The notes beneath the pieces were generated by a model. The model did not search any database. It was not told where the DNA came from and was given only the letters and a program-made list of their open reading frames with translations. This document shows, piece by piece, positions 26,216 to 37,218 of a stretch of 64,000 bases of DNA (the first letter of the stretch is position 1; each line of letters starts with the position of its first letter). The position numbers and the translations under genes were made by a program. The DNA is from Lingula anatina (lineage: Eukaryota > Animalia > Brachiopoda): the NCBI GenBank assembly GCA_051362555.1, contig CM120649.1, forward strand, positions 12,772,001 to 12,836,000, given 5' to 3'.

Positions 26216-26221
26216 AATAAA
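26216..26221 (+). terminator. Likely polyadenylation signal of the GEF gene (implies ~3.2 kb 3'UTR)
   Basis: AATAAA followed by a T-rich tract at ~26235-26265; composition changes to CpG-containing and repeat DNA afterwards. Confidence 0.55.
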
Positions 26222-26662
26222 TATACAAATATATTTGCTGTTTATTTTTTATTTTTTGTAATTATTTACACCTTTTAGAGACGGCCGTGAGTTAACTCGC
26301 TGACAGCTGGTTTCTTCAGTAAGTTTTGTGTTAGAAGAAAGGTCTATAGAACTGATGCATGTTTGTGAAAATAAAGCCTAGGTTACATTTGTCACGCGGT
26401 GCCCGTGTGGGGAAGCAGGAGATTGTCGTACGAAATCGTTCAGATTCATGGCCTCTGTAGCCTCTAAGATCTTGTCAAGCTAAAACTTTTGACAAATTTT
26501 ACAAAAGTCATAATCCCTTAGGCCGCAACACTATTGTAGACGGCTTCGCACGCTTTCCTCAGTGGTTTCGTTCGGTACCCTAGGTTCTAGACATCGATAT
26601 TGCCGGCTCCATCTTGATTCCACATATAACCCACATCAGCAATGCTGTAAAGCTAATATAAC

Positions 26663-26824
26663 CAGGCCCTTAGCCAGCAATTTCAAAAGGGGGGGTTCTT
26701 TTTCTGAAAAAGTGGACCTTTTCCCATAAAAACTTCATGTACCTAGATCAAATTTTACCCAGAGTGGACCTTTTCCCAGCAAAAGGGGCGGTTCTTTCGA
26801 ACCCCCCGAACCTGGTCATGCCTC
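26663..26824. mobile_element. Degraded hAT-like MITE
   Basis: Starts CAGGCCCTTAGCCAG; internal agtggaccttttccc repeated twice; right end decayed. Confidence 0.5.
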
Positions 26825-27158
26825 TTTGTACATTGTGGCTTTGCTGGAAGATTTACTCTCAATCCGTCTACCAAACAGCAACAAGACGTGTGGTGTACTA
26901 GTAAGTAGAACCAAACAATTGTTACATATCTATACTGTATTGTTTTTTATTTCGACTATCAATCGTTATCTTTATACATCGACAGATGGATTAAACTGGT
27001 CACTCCACAGCATTTCCCCACTGCTTGGCAATATCTGAAGTAAGACACAATTGTGACCATAATATTTTACCAAAGAAATCAATATGTTCAATAAGAAGTC
27101 TAGTACATTTTTCTTTTCTCCGCGTTAAACGTGGAGGACACGGCACCGTACCGGGGAG

Positions 27159-27331
27159 GGGGCGTCTCGATAGTCCGAAGGTTCATTGGTCCGAAGGTTC
27201 ATTGGTCCGAAAAGTGGTAACATTTTCATCGATTTTTTAATCAAAGGTTCATAGGTCCGAAGGTTCTATAGTGAACATTCGGACCAATGAACCTTCGGAC
27301 TATTGAACCTTCGGACTATCGCTACGGCCCC
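27159..27331. mobile_element. MITE with 15-bp subterminal repeats
   Basis: GGGGCGTCTCGATAGTCCGAAGGTTCA...TGAACCTTCGGACTATCGCTACGGCCCC; direct and inverted copies of gtccgaaggttcatt. Confidence 0.75.
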
Positions 27332-27642
27332 CCTGGGGAAATGCCGCGGAAACATTCGACACCAGTATTGATAATGTCTATTTTTGTTTATGTTTATTTA
27401 TTCAACGCTCACTTCATATCTGACAGATGAAACTGCATTTAAAATTTAATAACATAGAAATACGTAGAACGCATTCGTCATTGGTAGGGCCTATATTTGA
27501 AAATATACCCGAGGAAAAAAATCTAGACGCCACCCCACCCCTCATTGAAACGACATTATGTGGGTTACTGACTGCCTTTATGGTCCACTGCATGCTCTTA
27601 TCTGAATAGTTTTCCCATGTTTGACAAATGAAACAAATACTA

Positions 27643-27658
27643 TAGCGCCATCTGGAGG
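27643..27658 (-). promoter_or_regulatory. CTCF-like motif
   Basis: CCTCCAGATGGCGCTA on minus strand, close to the CTCF core consensus. Confidence 0.5.
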
Positions 27659-27962
27659 CGAGAAAAGAATTGCCGTCTCCTGTGATCGAAAGAGCAGCTG
27701 ATTGTTGAGATTAATAATTGATACTACGTGGAATGAACAGATACTTTTGTGAATGCACAACAATTATCATAAATTGTTCAAGATAAAATATTTCCATTAT
27801 AATTTCTTTAACATGCCTTTCTTTTAAACGAACGTGATTGCTTAAGCCACAAAGCCATTCCCTTTCGTGAATGCATTTTAATTTTTTAAATATTCAAATC
27901 AATTAGATATATGCTGAAAATTTTAATGCCTTTTAAATGCCAGGAATACGAATGCAATCACT

Positions 27963-29828
27963 TCATGAACAATGCATATAGCGAAATATTTTCACCTGTC
28001 TTCCATTCTCCCCCACTACAAGCTGTCCTTTGTTATCAATGGCCACACCCGTTGGTACTGAAACGTGTTGTGGACCCACTACATATCTTAACAGTTGACC
28101 ATCTGGGGTCAGAACAACCACCCTGTTATTGTACTGGTCAGCAACGAAGATGTGACCCACGCTGTCTGTACACACTCCCCATGGAGAGTCCAGGTATCCA
28201 TCATCTGAGCCCATCTTCCCTGGTGTACCATACTGGAACACTACATCGCCCTGGGGGGTAACTCCATATACACAGTGTTCCTCAAAGTCGCTCACCACAA
28301 TGGTGTCACGGCATGGGAGCACTGCAATGTATCGTGGATCTTTACATATAGGAACACCGATCTTATTGATAAGATTGTACTGCACAGCATCATACACACA
28401 GATACATTTATCGGCCCTATCGCAGACAAGTATGTGTCCATTGTTGTCCACTGTAACACCCCAGGGCGTAGCCATGTCACCCTGACCAAACGTTTGGACA
28501 TGTTCCCCGGAGAAGGAATACACTCGACACCCATCATCACACGTAACCACCAGTCTGTCATCACTGAGCACGGTGACACCTCTGGGATCTGGTACTTCAA
28601 CCTCAAATATCACCTTATGAGCTGGTGATATTGCAGTTAGTTTACCTGGCTGGTTATAAACTAGATATATTGTCCCACTTTGACTGCATGATGTGCCCGA
28701 TAAATAACCAATGCTGCTATCAAACTCATTCACCAAAGATGCAGTATTTAGCCATTTATACTTCTTCACAAGAACAAAACATTTCACTGGAATTTTTTCT
28801 TCATTAGAAGTGATGTCTGTCGTTTTTGCCGGAAAAGAGGGTTTAAGTTTGCTCAGCTCTTTCATCCTAGCTTGGATATTTTTAGCGTGCATCATTACTT
28901 CCGTGTCGGAGCCATGTTGAACAAGCTGCTTGGCAAACTCGCATGTGCTGTGAATGGACAACTTCTGCAGTTGAACGCCATCTTTCTCAGCCTCGAGTGA
29001 TTTTACGAGCGTCGAGGCGTGGTCTTTTGCTTCCGCTATCAACTGTGCAGAAATACGCTGAACCTCTTCTATAATATCCGCCTCTTGTTGTTCTATGTCG
29101 GTCACCGTTTTGCTTACGTCGTCAAACGCAGCTTTCTGTTGCATGGATATTTCCGATTCTGCATTTTCAAACAGTGAAATGTTCTTAGACAGATCATGAA
29201 ATGCACTTTGTATTTTCTCTTTTTGCGTTTCTGCTATATCTGCAATGTCTACACAGTTGTGTTTGTTGTGTTTGGTGAGAATACAGTCACGACACACAAC
29301 AACATCGTCATCTGTGCAATAAAATTTCAACCGTTCTTCTTCGTGCTTATCGCAAAGTAATGTTACGCCCTTCATATCCTTGACATGCTTACTCAATTCA
29401 GATACTGCAATCATTGTGTGTCCCTGTAAAAAACCCATGGCGTCATGCTGTTTTTGTCGACAGTTCTCACAGAAAAAATGTTTGCAATTTTGACAGTAAA
29501 ATTGAGTAACTTGTGTGTGGCAGTTTCCACACATTTTGTCTTTACTTTCTTTTGTCAACATGTCCAACATTGTCCTCTTGGACAAAAAGAAGTTACGGAC
29601 AAGTTTATCCAGTCCACCTGGTGGAACAGGCGCCTCTTGGCGGCACACTGGACACGTAATGTTGCCTCTCGTCCCACTCACTGCCACGTGCTGGGCAACG
29701 CAAGCCAGGCAGAAAGTGTGATAGCATGGGAGGACACGCGGGTCGTCATACTCCTGATTACAGATGTGACACGTCAGAAAATTGTCACTGATGACTTTGT
29801 GGAACTTTTTGAATGCCATCACTGTCAT
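27963..29828 (-). CDS. TRIM-NHL E3 ubiquitin ligase copy 1 (RING-BB1-BB2-CC-NHL), intact
   Basis: 621-aa uninterrupted ORF; C3HC4 RING (CHIC...LPCYHTFCLAC...CPVC), two B-boxes, coiled coil, NHL repeats (PxGV..D..G.I.V.D..N.R). The start homologous to other copies is the second Met at 29819. Confidence 0.93.
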   Translation of the reverse strand: MTVMAFKKFHKVISDNFLTCHICNQEYDDPRVLPCYHTFCLACVAQHVAVSGTRGNITCPVCRQEAPVPPGGLDKLVRNFFLSKRTMLDMLTKESKDKMCGNCHTQVTQFYCQNCKHFFCENCRQKQHDAMGFLQGHTMIAVSELSKHVKDMKGVTLLCDKHEEERLKFYCTDDDVVVCRDCILTKHNKHNCVDIADIAETQKEKIQSAFHDLSKNISLFENAESEISMQQKAAFDDVSKTVTDIEQQEADIIEEVQRISAQLIAEAKDHASTLVKSLEAEKDGVQLQKLSIHSTCEFAKQLVQHGSDTEVMMHAKNIQARMKELSKLKPSFPAKTTDITSNEEKIPVKCFVLVKKYKWLNTASLVNEFDSSIGYLSGTSCSQSGTIYLVYNQPGKLTAISPAHKVIFEVEVPDPRGVTVLSDDRLVVTCDDGCRVYSFSGEHVQTFGQGDMATPWGVTVDNNGHILVCDRADKCICVYDAVQYNLINKIGVPICKDPRYIAVLPCRDTIVVSDFEEHCVYGVTPQGDVVFQYGTPGKMGSDDGYLDSPWGVCTDSVGHIFVADQYNNRVVVLTPDGQLLRYVVGPQHVSVPTGVAIDNKGQLVVGENGRQVKIFRYMHCS

Positions 29829-29829
29829 A

Positions 29830-31430
29830 AAAGACAGTTGGAATCAGTTTCGGTACTCAAATTTCTCCATGTGTCTGTAAAGTAGACTGTTACTACTTGA
29901 GCTGTTGAGTTCCTATTGGCATATGATATAGCCCATTACCTGATTGACTGATTTCTTTAATTTTCTTAGGGGTTATAAACGGTAAAATTCGAAAGCAATG
30001 TATATCAAGGCCCATATGATTCCTTGACTATGGGCCTTGTTATGATTAGATTCCGAGACCCAAAACTTCTAAGATGGCAGACGTGTTGGTTTCAAATGGC
30101 CTCATGTCCAAATCGATTTGGTACTTTGGTGAAATTCTACGTCACCTCATATTATGAAGATAATTACATCAAAAGTCAACAATCCATCCTTTTTGAAGAT
30201 TAATCAACAGTTTTGTGTAGACCAACGACGCGCCGTGTTCAAGTTGCTGTCTTATGTCGGTTGTGCATAAATTGATGATCGCGTCTGTCGTTCACCCTGG
30301 AGAACTCTACCAGGTGTAAATCAACCACTCAGGACTTCTCCATAGTAAAATTAATGCTTTTGTAATTATAAAAAACATCAATATAGATGTAACACAACAC
30401 AATGTCAAGTTGAGATCGAATCGTTAAGATCAATAACTTGATGTGTGCAATTATATTAAAAAAACATCATTATAGATGTAACAAAACACATTCCCAAGTT
30501 GAGGTCAATAATTCGATGTGTGCAATGAACCCAGGTTTTATGTTATAGGAAGTCAATACTGAAAATAAATAATTTTACCAGCATTAAAGGATTTTCTGAT
30601 GAAAACCAATATGCCGATATTTAGGAAGAAAACATACCTTGGAGAGTCTAACAAACGTGCCAGATGTCATAAATATCTTCATTGGGTCTAGGACATCAAA
30701 GTCATTCCGTTTTTTTTACATCAATAGCTGTAGCTTATGTTAGTCAAGCAAGTGTTCAAAATACATTTCAGCATCAATAGGTTCATTCACGTTCATCTAT
30801 CCATCTAAACATAAATGAATAATCTATTTGACTATTTGTTGTGGCTATTCCTATTAAATTATTTTTGTTAAGCGCATTTGCTATTACAACGAGTTGGAAT
30901 TGTCAAACACACGATTGATTACATTACCATATGACGTGAACGTGAATATTTTGAAAAATTGAAATTGGTCCACGCCATTCATGACCTTTAATGCATTATC
31001 AGGAATTTAGTTCAAACTGTGCATGGCTTCAGACAAATGTATGTTAGTCAGAAAATTCAAATAAAATACTGAAAATCGGACGTCCAAACAACAAACCCGT
31101 TTCGATCGAGTACCGGTAGAGTATAACTTGCTAAAGAACTCTCCCTTTCTCTCTGACACCAAAGTGATTTTTCGGTAAGTCATCAGTCGCAATCATTATA
31201 TTTTGAGTGCAGGTGGAATGTTCCAGACCTCATCGTGCAATCCCCCTCATTATCAAGACTAGGCACTGGAACTAAAATTCTATTTTTCAATATAAAAAGA
31301 TACGATCATTACACTAGATTATGTCAAAAGATCTGATGATAGAATGAAATATCCATCTATATTACACTGTAACTTAAAAGCATGCGTGTCAAGAGTGTAA
31401 AATATGCAAGTTCAACAATAATAATTGTTA
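29830..31430. repeat. Type-A upstream block (paralogs ~37220-38680 and ~40700-42770)
   Basis: Colinear shared sequence, e.g. gtccaaatcgatttggtactttggtgaaattcta and gcatggcttcagacaaatgtatgttagtcagaaaattcaaa. Confidence 0.85.
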
Positions 31431-32390
31431 ATTTCCCCTCCTCAATCATGATGGGAAAAAACTTCAACAAATGGTTCTAAATAACGACACAAGCCGATAT
31501 GGCTTGTCCATGAATTTACTAAACAGCGTAATTTACTCGTAGATTGCTATCGGAAGACCGCTAACGTTCTGTAATCGTTCGTGAAACCTTGGACATGAAA
31601 ATTATGTCCAAGGTGAAACGCACTGGCAATGTTGCAATGTCGATTATGCAAAGTCTTTTACTCGTTTTAAGCAGGTTTAGCAAAGCAAATACACTCTTGA
31701 CATTTTTGTACTGTGAGTATTTACGTTATTATGCAGCTGGTCTCCTACATGTATCCATACCGTCAAGAATATTAAACCTTTGTTGCCTAGGGTCTCACTG
31801 ACAGTCTGGGGCTTTTAAAATGTTTGCCTTAAACCTTGCACTAACTGTATACACTTGGACGTATATGAGAACACACCTCACTCGCCCCGATAGAGCCGGA
31901 GTCACCTGAGCTGAACGCCGCACTACGAGGCACTTGTTACATGTACAGAAGAGAATAAAAATGAACCAGTTTATTAATACAGGCTCTGATATTGTATTTA
32001 AAGTTACTCTATAGTCACCTGACTTTCTGATAACATTTTGTTCACGGACGTGTTTACTTCTCAGTATTAGGACAGGAGAATGTCAAGAATGAAGTAGTAA
32101 AGACCCCCCGGTTCTTATGGTTTTCACTGGAATTCACAAGCCTTTAACACCTTAAACATCTTTGCCAGGCAACAACAGGACGGACGACAGGTGAAACCAA
32201 ATTCACGTCATTTTTATATTCAACCAAACTTTAAATCAGATAACAGATTGCCTACTTGCATTGTATTATAAATACATGTATATAAAATAAAGGAAGAGTG
32301 CTTTGAATTTTCATATAATATTATACAAATTTAAAGCAAACAAATGTGGATAAGTGATGCTATGAAGAGAATCTGGCGATATGCACTTAC

Positions 32391-32481
32391 TTGAACACTA
32401 GAGGGAGTGTGTGAGAACACACTAGCCTGTCCTGATAGCCGGAGTCACCAGAGCTGTACGCCGTCCTACGAGGCACCTGTG
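32391..32481 (-). other. Candidate 91-nt spliced leader exon of TRIM copy 1
   Basis: Minus strand acceptor ttacttttcag| and donor CAA|gtaagt; similarity to nine other copies stops near these boundaries. Confidence 0.55.
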
Positions 32482-32910
32482 CTGAAAAGTAAATTACTTA
32501 CACTTTCACTATTTGCAGATAATTATAAAAACGGAATCAAATAAGTAAAAAGATAGGGATTTATTGATTGTAATTTAAATTTCTTTAAGAATCATGATGT
32601 GTAGAAATTGTTTTCATGGTAGGACAAGATAGAACATGTCAAAGTCACATATATTCGATATGATTGGCTAATTTCTCGATAGATTTGTAAAGCACGTGCA
32701 AACTAAAGGTGGATATGGTCCAAGCATGGGTAATTCACATAAAATTTTTGAAATTTGAAATTGAAAACAAGTCTCTTAGAAATTACTTAATAAGGACACA
32801 TTGACTGGTTTGCAAATTGAGAATGGAACGCTTATTAAAGTCATAATAACTCTTCATTTTGGCCAAAAATAGGATTTTCCTGGAGTAAACGGCAATTTTT
32901 CCGTACTTAC

Positions 32911-33300
32911 CAATGGTCAGCGACCCCATTCCTGCATTCAAAGTTAATCCAGGTTTTTTTTCCTAAACGTACGGTTTTTTGTTAAAATCTCTTAAGAGAT
33001 TTTAACTGACGGAGCTCTCTCTGACATCGCATAGTCACTGTTGACCTACTTAAAACCGCGGGAAAAGCAGACAACAACAACACTATATAAGATTCATGAG
33101 ATATATTCGTCTTTTTGTTAAAAATACATTAATATCCACAATGGTTGCCATTCTGGGCTTTTCGTTATCCGACGCACTGTACAAAAACTCGCAACTTACG
33201 TCTGCGTCCGCATTAATGCGTTTGGCGCCATATGTTATTTTGGTCTCGAATGAACGCGAGAATCCGCGTGACACCATTACGTCATTAGCAACGAATGCCT
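32911..33300 (-). promoter_or_regulatory. Candidate distal promoter and first exon upstream of TRIM copy 1
   Basis: Local CpG enrichment; E2F-like TTTTCCCGCG (33057-33066) and TTTGGCGC (33221-33228); CRE-like TTACGTCA (33277-33284); minus-strand donor TTG|gtaagt at 32911/32910. Confidence 0.45.
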
Positions 33301-33773
33301 TGATGAAAGCATCGAAAGCCCTATTGACAAGCACAGATTTTAGTTTTACTACAATAACGGCCGTTTTAGTGGTAAAATACAATAGAATATATTTCCATGC
33401 GTTGTTTACAATGTATTTCATGCGGAATTTTGAATCTCAAAGGAAGAGTTATTATTGCTTTAACTTAAAAACCAAGATAAGAATGACAAACCTAGACGAA
33501 ATATGAATTGCAAATACTGAAATGTGAACACAACGTTTTTTCTTACAAACTAAGGTATGAACACATGAATACTTTTTCCTTTCAGAAAACTAATTTTTCC
33601 AACACTGCGTATGGATGTCGTGTTTTGAGCGTATGGAAACGGCACACAACGGGAAAATATCCAAGACGTGTATAGTATTCGTTTTATGCTGCAGTATGCC
33701 CGATTCGCGTCCTTGTTACCTTAAAAGTTTTTTTTTTTTTTTTTACGAAAGGAAAGACTGCTAAGTAATCATT

Positions 33774-34966
33774 CCCAGCGGGCAAATTATGTTGTTTTAA
33801 CGTTGAAACAACGTTGAACCATAACGTTGATAAGATGTTGGATAAACGTTGGATTTGAAAGTTGTATCAACGTCACATAACAACATTGTATCAACCCCAG
33901 TTGTTAGACAACATTCTTGCATGAAAAGACATTAAAATGACCTGAAATGTTTTTATTTTTGGTACAAAACACAGGTACACAATTATACCGTACACTGTAA
34001 AAACATCCAAGTGCCTGCTTTGTCTGATTTTTTTCAACGCATTTAGCTCCTAAGCATGTTTTGCACCAAAGCATGGTACACCCTTTTAGCCTGGATGTGT
34101 TTAGCAGTAGGACATGTTTGATGGCTAAATATATGTAGGGTATATATGTATGACCTTTAAGTTAGGATTTCCAAGGTTTAGTTTTATATATATAGTTATA
34201 TTCTAGTTATATATATAAGAAAATAACTATATATGTAACAAAGTCACAGTCACCTCAACCTGTCTATCTATAACAGGGTACCGAGAACTGCCAACTTTGT
34301 TAAATTCACTCCATCACATTTACAGCCACTAAGGGTGCATTCCCAAAGATTTAGATCAATCCAGAGATTTAGATTTAGATCGACCTAACTCCCTGAGGGT
34401 TCGCGCTAAATTGCAGTCAGCCGAGCGCGCACCATAGTTAATTACCCCCTTACAGCTTTTAGTAGGTGGGACAGACGCTTAAGCCGGCTAACCTGACAGT
34501 AATCTAGTGAAACTCCCCACAGGGATAGATCGATCTAAAATCTATGGGAATAGGGTCTTATTCATCCTAATGTTAGCTGACCTTGCAAGGAAATTTATTG
34601 GAATGTATTTCTGAATAACAAGTTAAGAAAATTCACTAGTTCACTAAAGACACAAAACAACTGTCATTTTTACTTTAAAACACTTTTTAAAAATATTTTG
34701 ATAAAGTTAGTTACAGTATTAATAAACAAAGTATCACGTTTTCAATAGTTAATATTTTAAATTACAATCCATGTCTTGCATCATGACGACCAAACAACAA
34801 CGTTGAGTCAATGACCAAAATACAACATTGATTCAACGTCACATTATGACGGTGTTTTGACGTGGCTGGATCAACGTTGATTTTACGTTGAATTTAGGTA
34901 GATCAACGGCAATTCAACGTATCAACCTGTTTTCAACGTTGAATCAACGTCACTATGCCTGCTGGG
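33774..34966. mobile_element. Non-autonomous CMC/CACTA-like DNA transposon (1193 bp)
   Basis: TIRs CCCAGC(G/A)GGCA, many subterminal CAACGTTG-type repeats, ATT TSD confirmed by the empty site gtaatcATTaaaaatc at ~51951-51966. Confidence 0.85.
34333..34557. mobile_element. MITE family A, copy 3, nested in a CMC-like element
   Basis: Matches 21489-21689; TAA/TTA flanks. Confidence 0.8.
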
Positions 34967-35459
34967 ATTAAAAATCTAAATAGTTAGGGCATATGATGCC
35001 GATTGTGTTGCGCTGCTTTGAGCGCTGAAGATTAAAGCATGTCGAAACAAAATAGATGTGAAACGAAATTATTTATTTGTAAAAATTAAGGAAACGTGCA
35101 ACAGATAATACCCCCGGTACATTTGACATGATAAAGGAAGAATCACAATGCGTATTACATATTACATTCAAATAAATATCCGAACCAAAATCAAGGCTCA
35201 AATATACGCTTTTGACTTGTCTATACATTAGTTAAACTTGATAATGAATGGAATTTAAGTCCACGTATAAAAATGATGTCAATCCCCTTCCCCCCATATT
35301 TTCGTATGCTACATGTAATTTTTATCCAACTATTTTTCTTTCAATATGTCTGTCATAATAAAAAAGCTTGTCTTTTTGGTCCCAATCAACGATGTTCACG
35401 TAGTGCACCTAAAACTGTTCACTTTTAGAGTTGTCGCCTGGTAACGTCTCATGTACTAT

Positions 35460-37218
35460 TTAACTTGTAGTTACATAGCGAAATGTTTTCACCTTGCCTC
35501 CAATATCCCCCACTACAAGCTGTCCTTTGGTATCAATGGTAACGCACAGTGGTACGGAATCCTGTTGTCGACCCATCACGTATCTTAACAGTTGACCATC
35601 TGAGGTCAGAACAACCACCCTGTTATTGTACTGGTCAGCAATAAAGATGTGACCCACGCTGTCTGTACACACTCCCCAGGGGAAACGCAGGTATCTATCA
35701 CCTGAGCCGCTCTCACCTAGTGTACCGCACTGGAACACAACATCACCCTTGGGGGTCACTCCATATACACAGTGTTCATCAAAGGCACTCGCCACAATGG
35801 TGTCACGACATGGGAGTACTGCAATATATCGTGGAGCTTTACACATAGGAACAGTGATCTTATTGATAAGATTGTACTGCACAGCGTCATACACACAGAT
35901 GCATTTATTGTTCCTGTCACAGACAAGTATGTGTCCATCGTTGTCCACTGTAACACCATGGGGGTAGGACATGTCACCTTGACCAAATGTTTGGACATGT
36001 TCCCCGGAGGAAGAATAAACTCGGCATCCATCCCGGCATGTAACCACCAGTCTGTCATCACTGAGCACGGTGACACCTCTGGGATCTGGTACATCAACCT
36101 CAAATATCGCCTTATGAGATGGTGATATTGCAGTAAGTTTACCCGGCTGGTTATAAACTAGATATATTGTCCCACTTTGACTGCATGATATGTCCCATAT
36201 ATATCCAATGTTGCTATCAAACTCATTCACCAAAGATGCAATATTTAGCCATTTATACTTCTTCACAAGAACAAAACATTTCACTGGAATGTTTTCCTCA
36301 TTAGAAGTGCTGTCTTGCGTTTCTGCCTGAAAGGTGGGTTTAAGTTTTCTCAACTCTTTCATCCTAGCTTGGATACTTTTAGCGTGCATCATTACTTCCG
36401 TGTCGGAGCCATGTTGAACAAGCTGCTTGGCAAACTCGCATGTGCTGTGAATGGACACCTTCTGCAGTTGAACGCCATCTTTCTCAGCCTCAAGGGATTT
36501 TACGAGCGTCGTGGCGTGGTCTTTTGCTTCCGCTATGTACTGAGCAGAAATACGCTGAACCTCTTCTATAATATCCGCCTCTTGTTGTTCTATGTCGGTC
36601 ACCGTTTTGTTTACGCCGTCAATTGCAGCTTTCTGTTGCATGGATATTTCCGATTCTGCATTTTCAAACAGTGAAATGTTCTTAGATAGATTGTTAAAGG
36701 CGCTTTCTATTTCCTCTTTATGCGTTTCTGCTATATCTGCAATGTCTACACAATTGTGTTTGTTGTGTTTGGTGAGAATACAGTCACGACACACGACAAC
36801 ATCGTCATCTGTGCAATAAAATTTCAACCTTTCTTCTTCGTGCTTATCGCAAAGAAATGTTACGCCCTTCGTATCCTGGACATGCTTACTCAATTCAGAT
36901 ACTGCAATCATTGTGTGTCCCTGTAAAAAAACCATGGCGTCATGCTGTTTTTGTCGACAGTTCTCACAGAAAAAATGTTTGCAATTTTGACAGTAAAATT
37001 GAGTAACTTGTGCGTGGCAGTTTCCACACATTTTGTCTTTACTTTCTTTTGTCAACATTTGGACAAAAAGAAGTTACGGACAAGTTTCTCCAGTCCACCC
37101 GGTGGAACAGGCGCCTCTTGGCGGCACACTGGACACGTGATGTTGCCTCCCGTCCCACTCGCTGCCACGTGCCGGGCAACGCAAGCCAGGCAGAAAGTGT
37201 GATAGCATGGGAGGACAC
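35460..37218 (-). pseudogene. TRIM-NHL copy 2: RING destroyed; residual open ORF 37058-35460 (BB1-BB2-CC-NHL, 532 aa)
   Basis: Relative to copy 1, ~278 bp with splice acceptor, ATG and first half of RING are deleted at 37218/37219; a frameshifting deletion lies at 37058/37059; the rest is open. Confidence 0.82.

Noticed and set aside
33083-33506. ORFs of 136 aa (+) and 112 aa (-)
   Set aside because: No recognisable motifs; region is better explained as promoter-like DNA.
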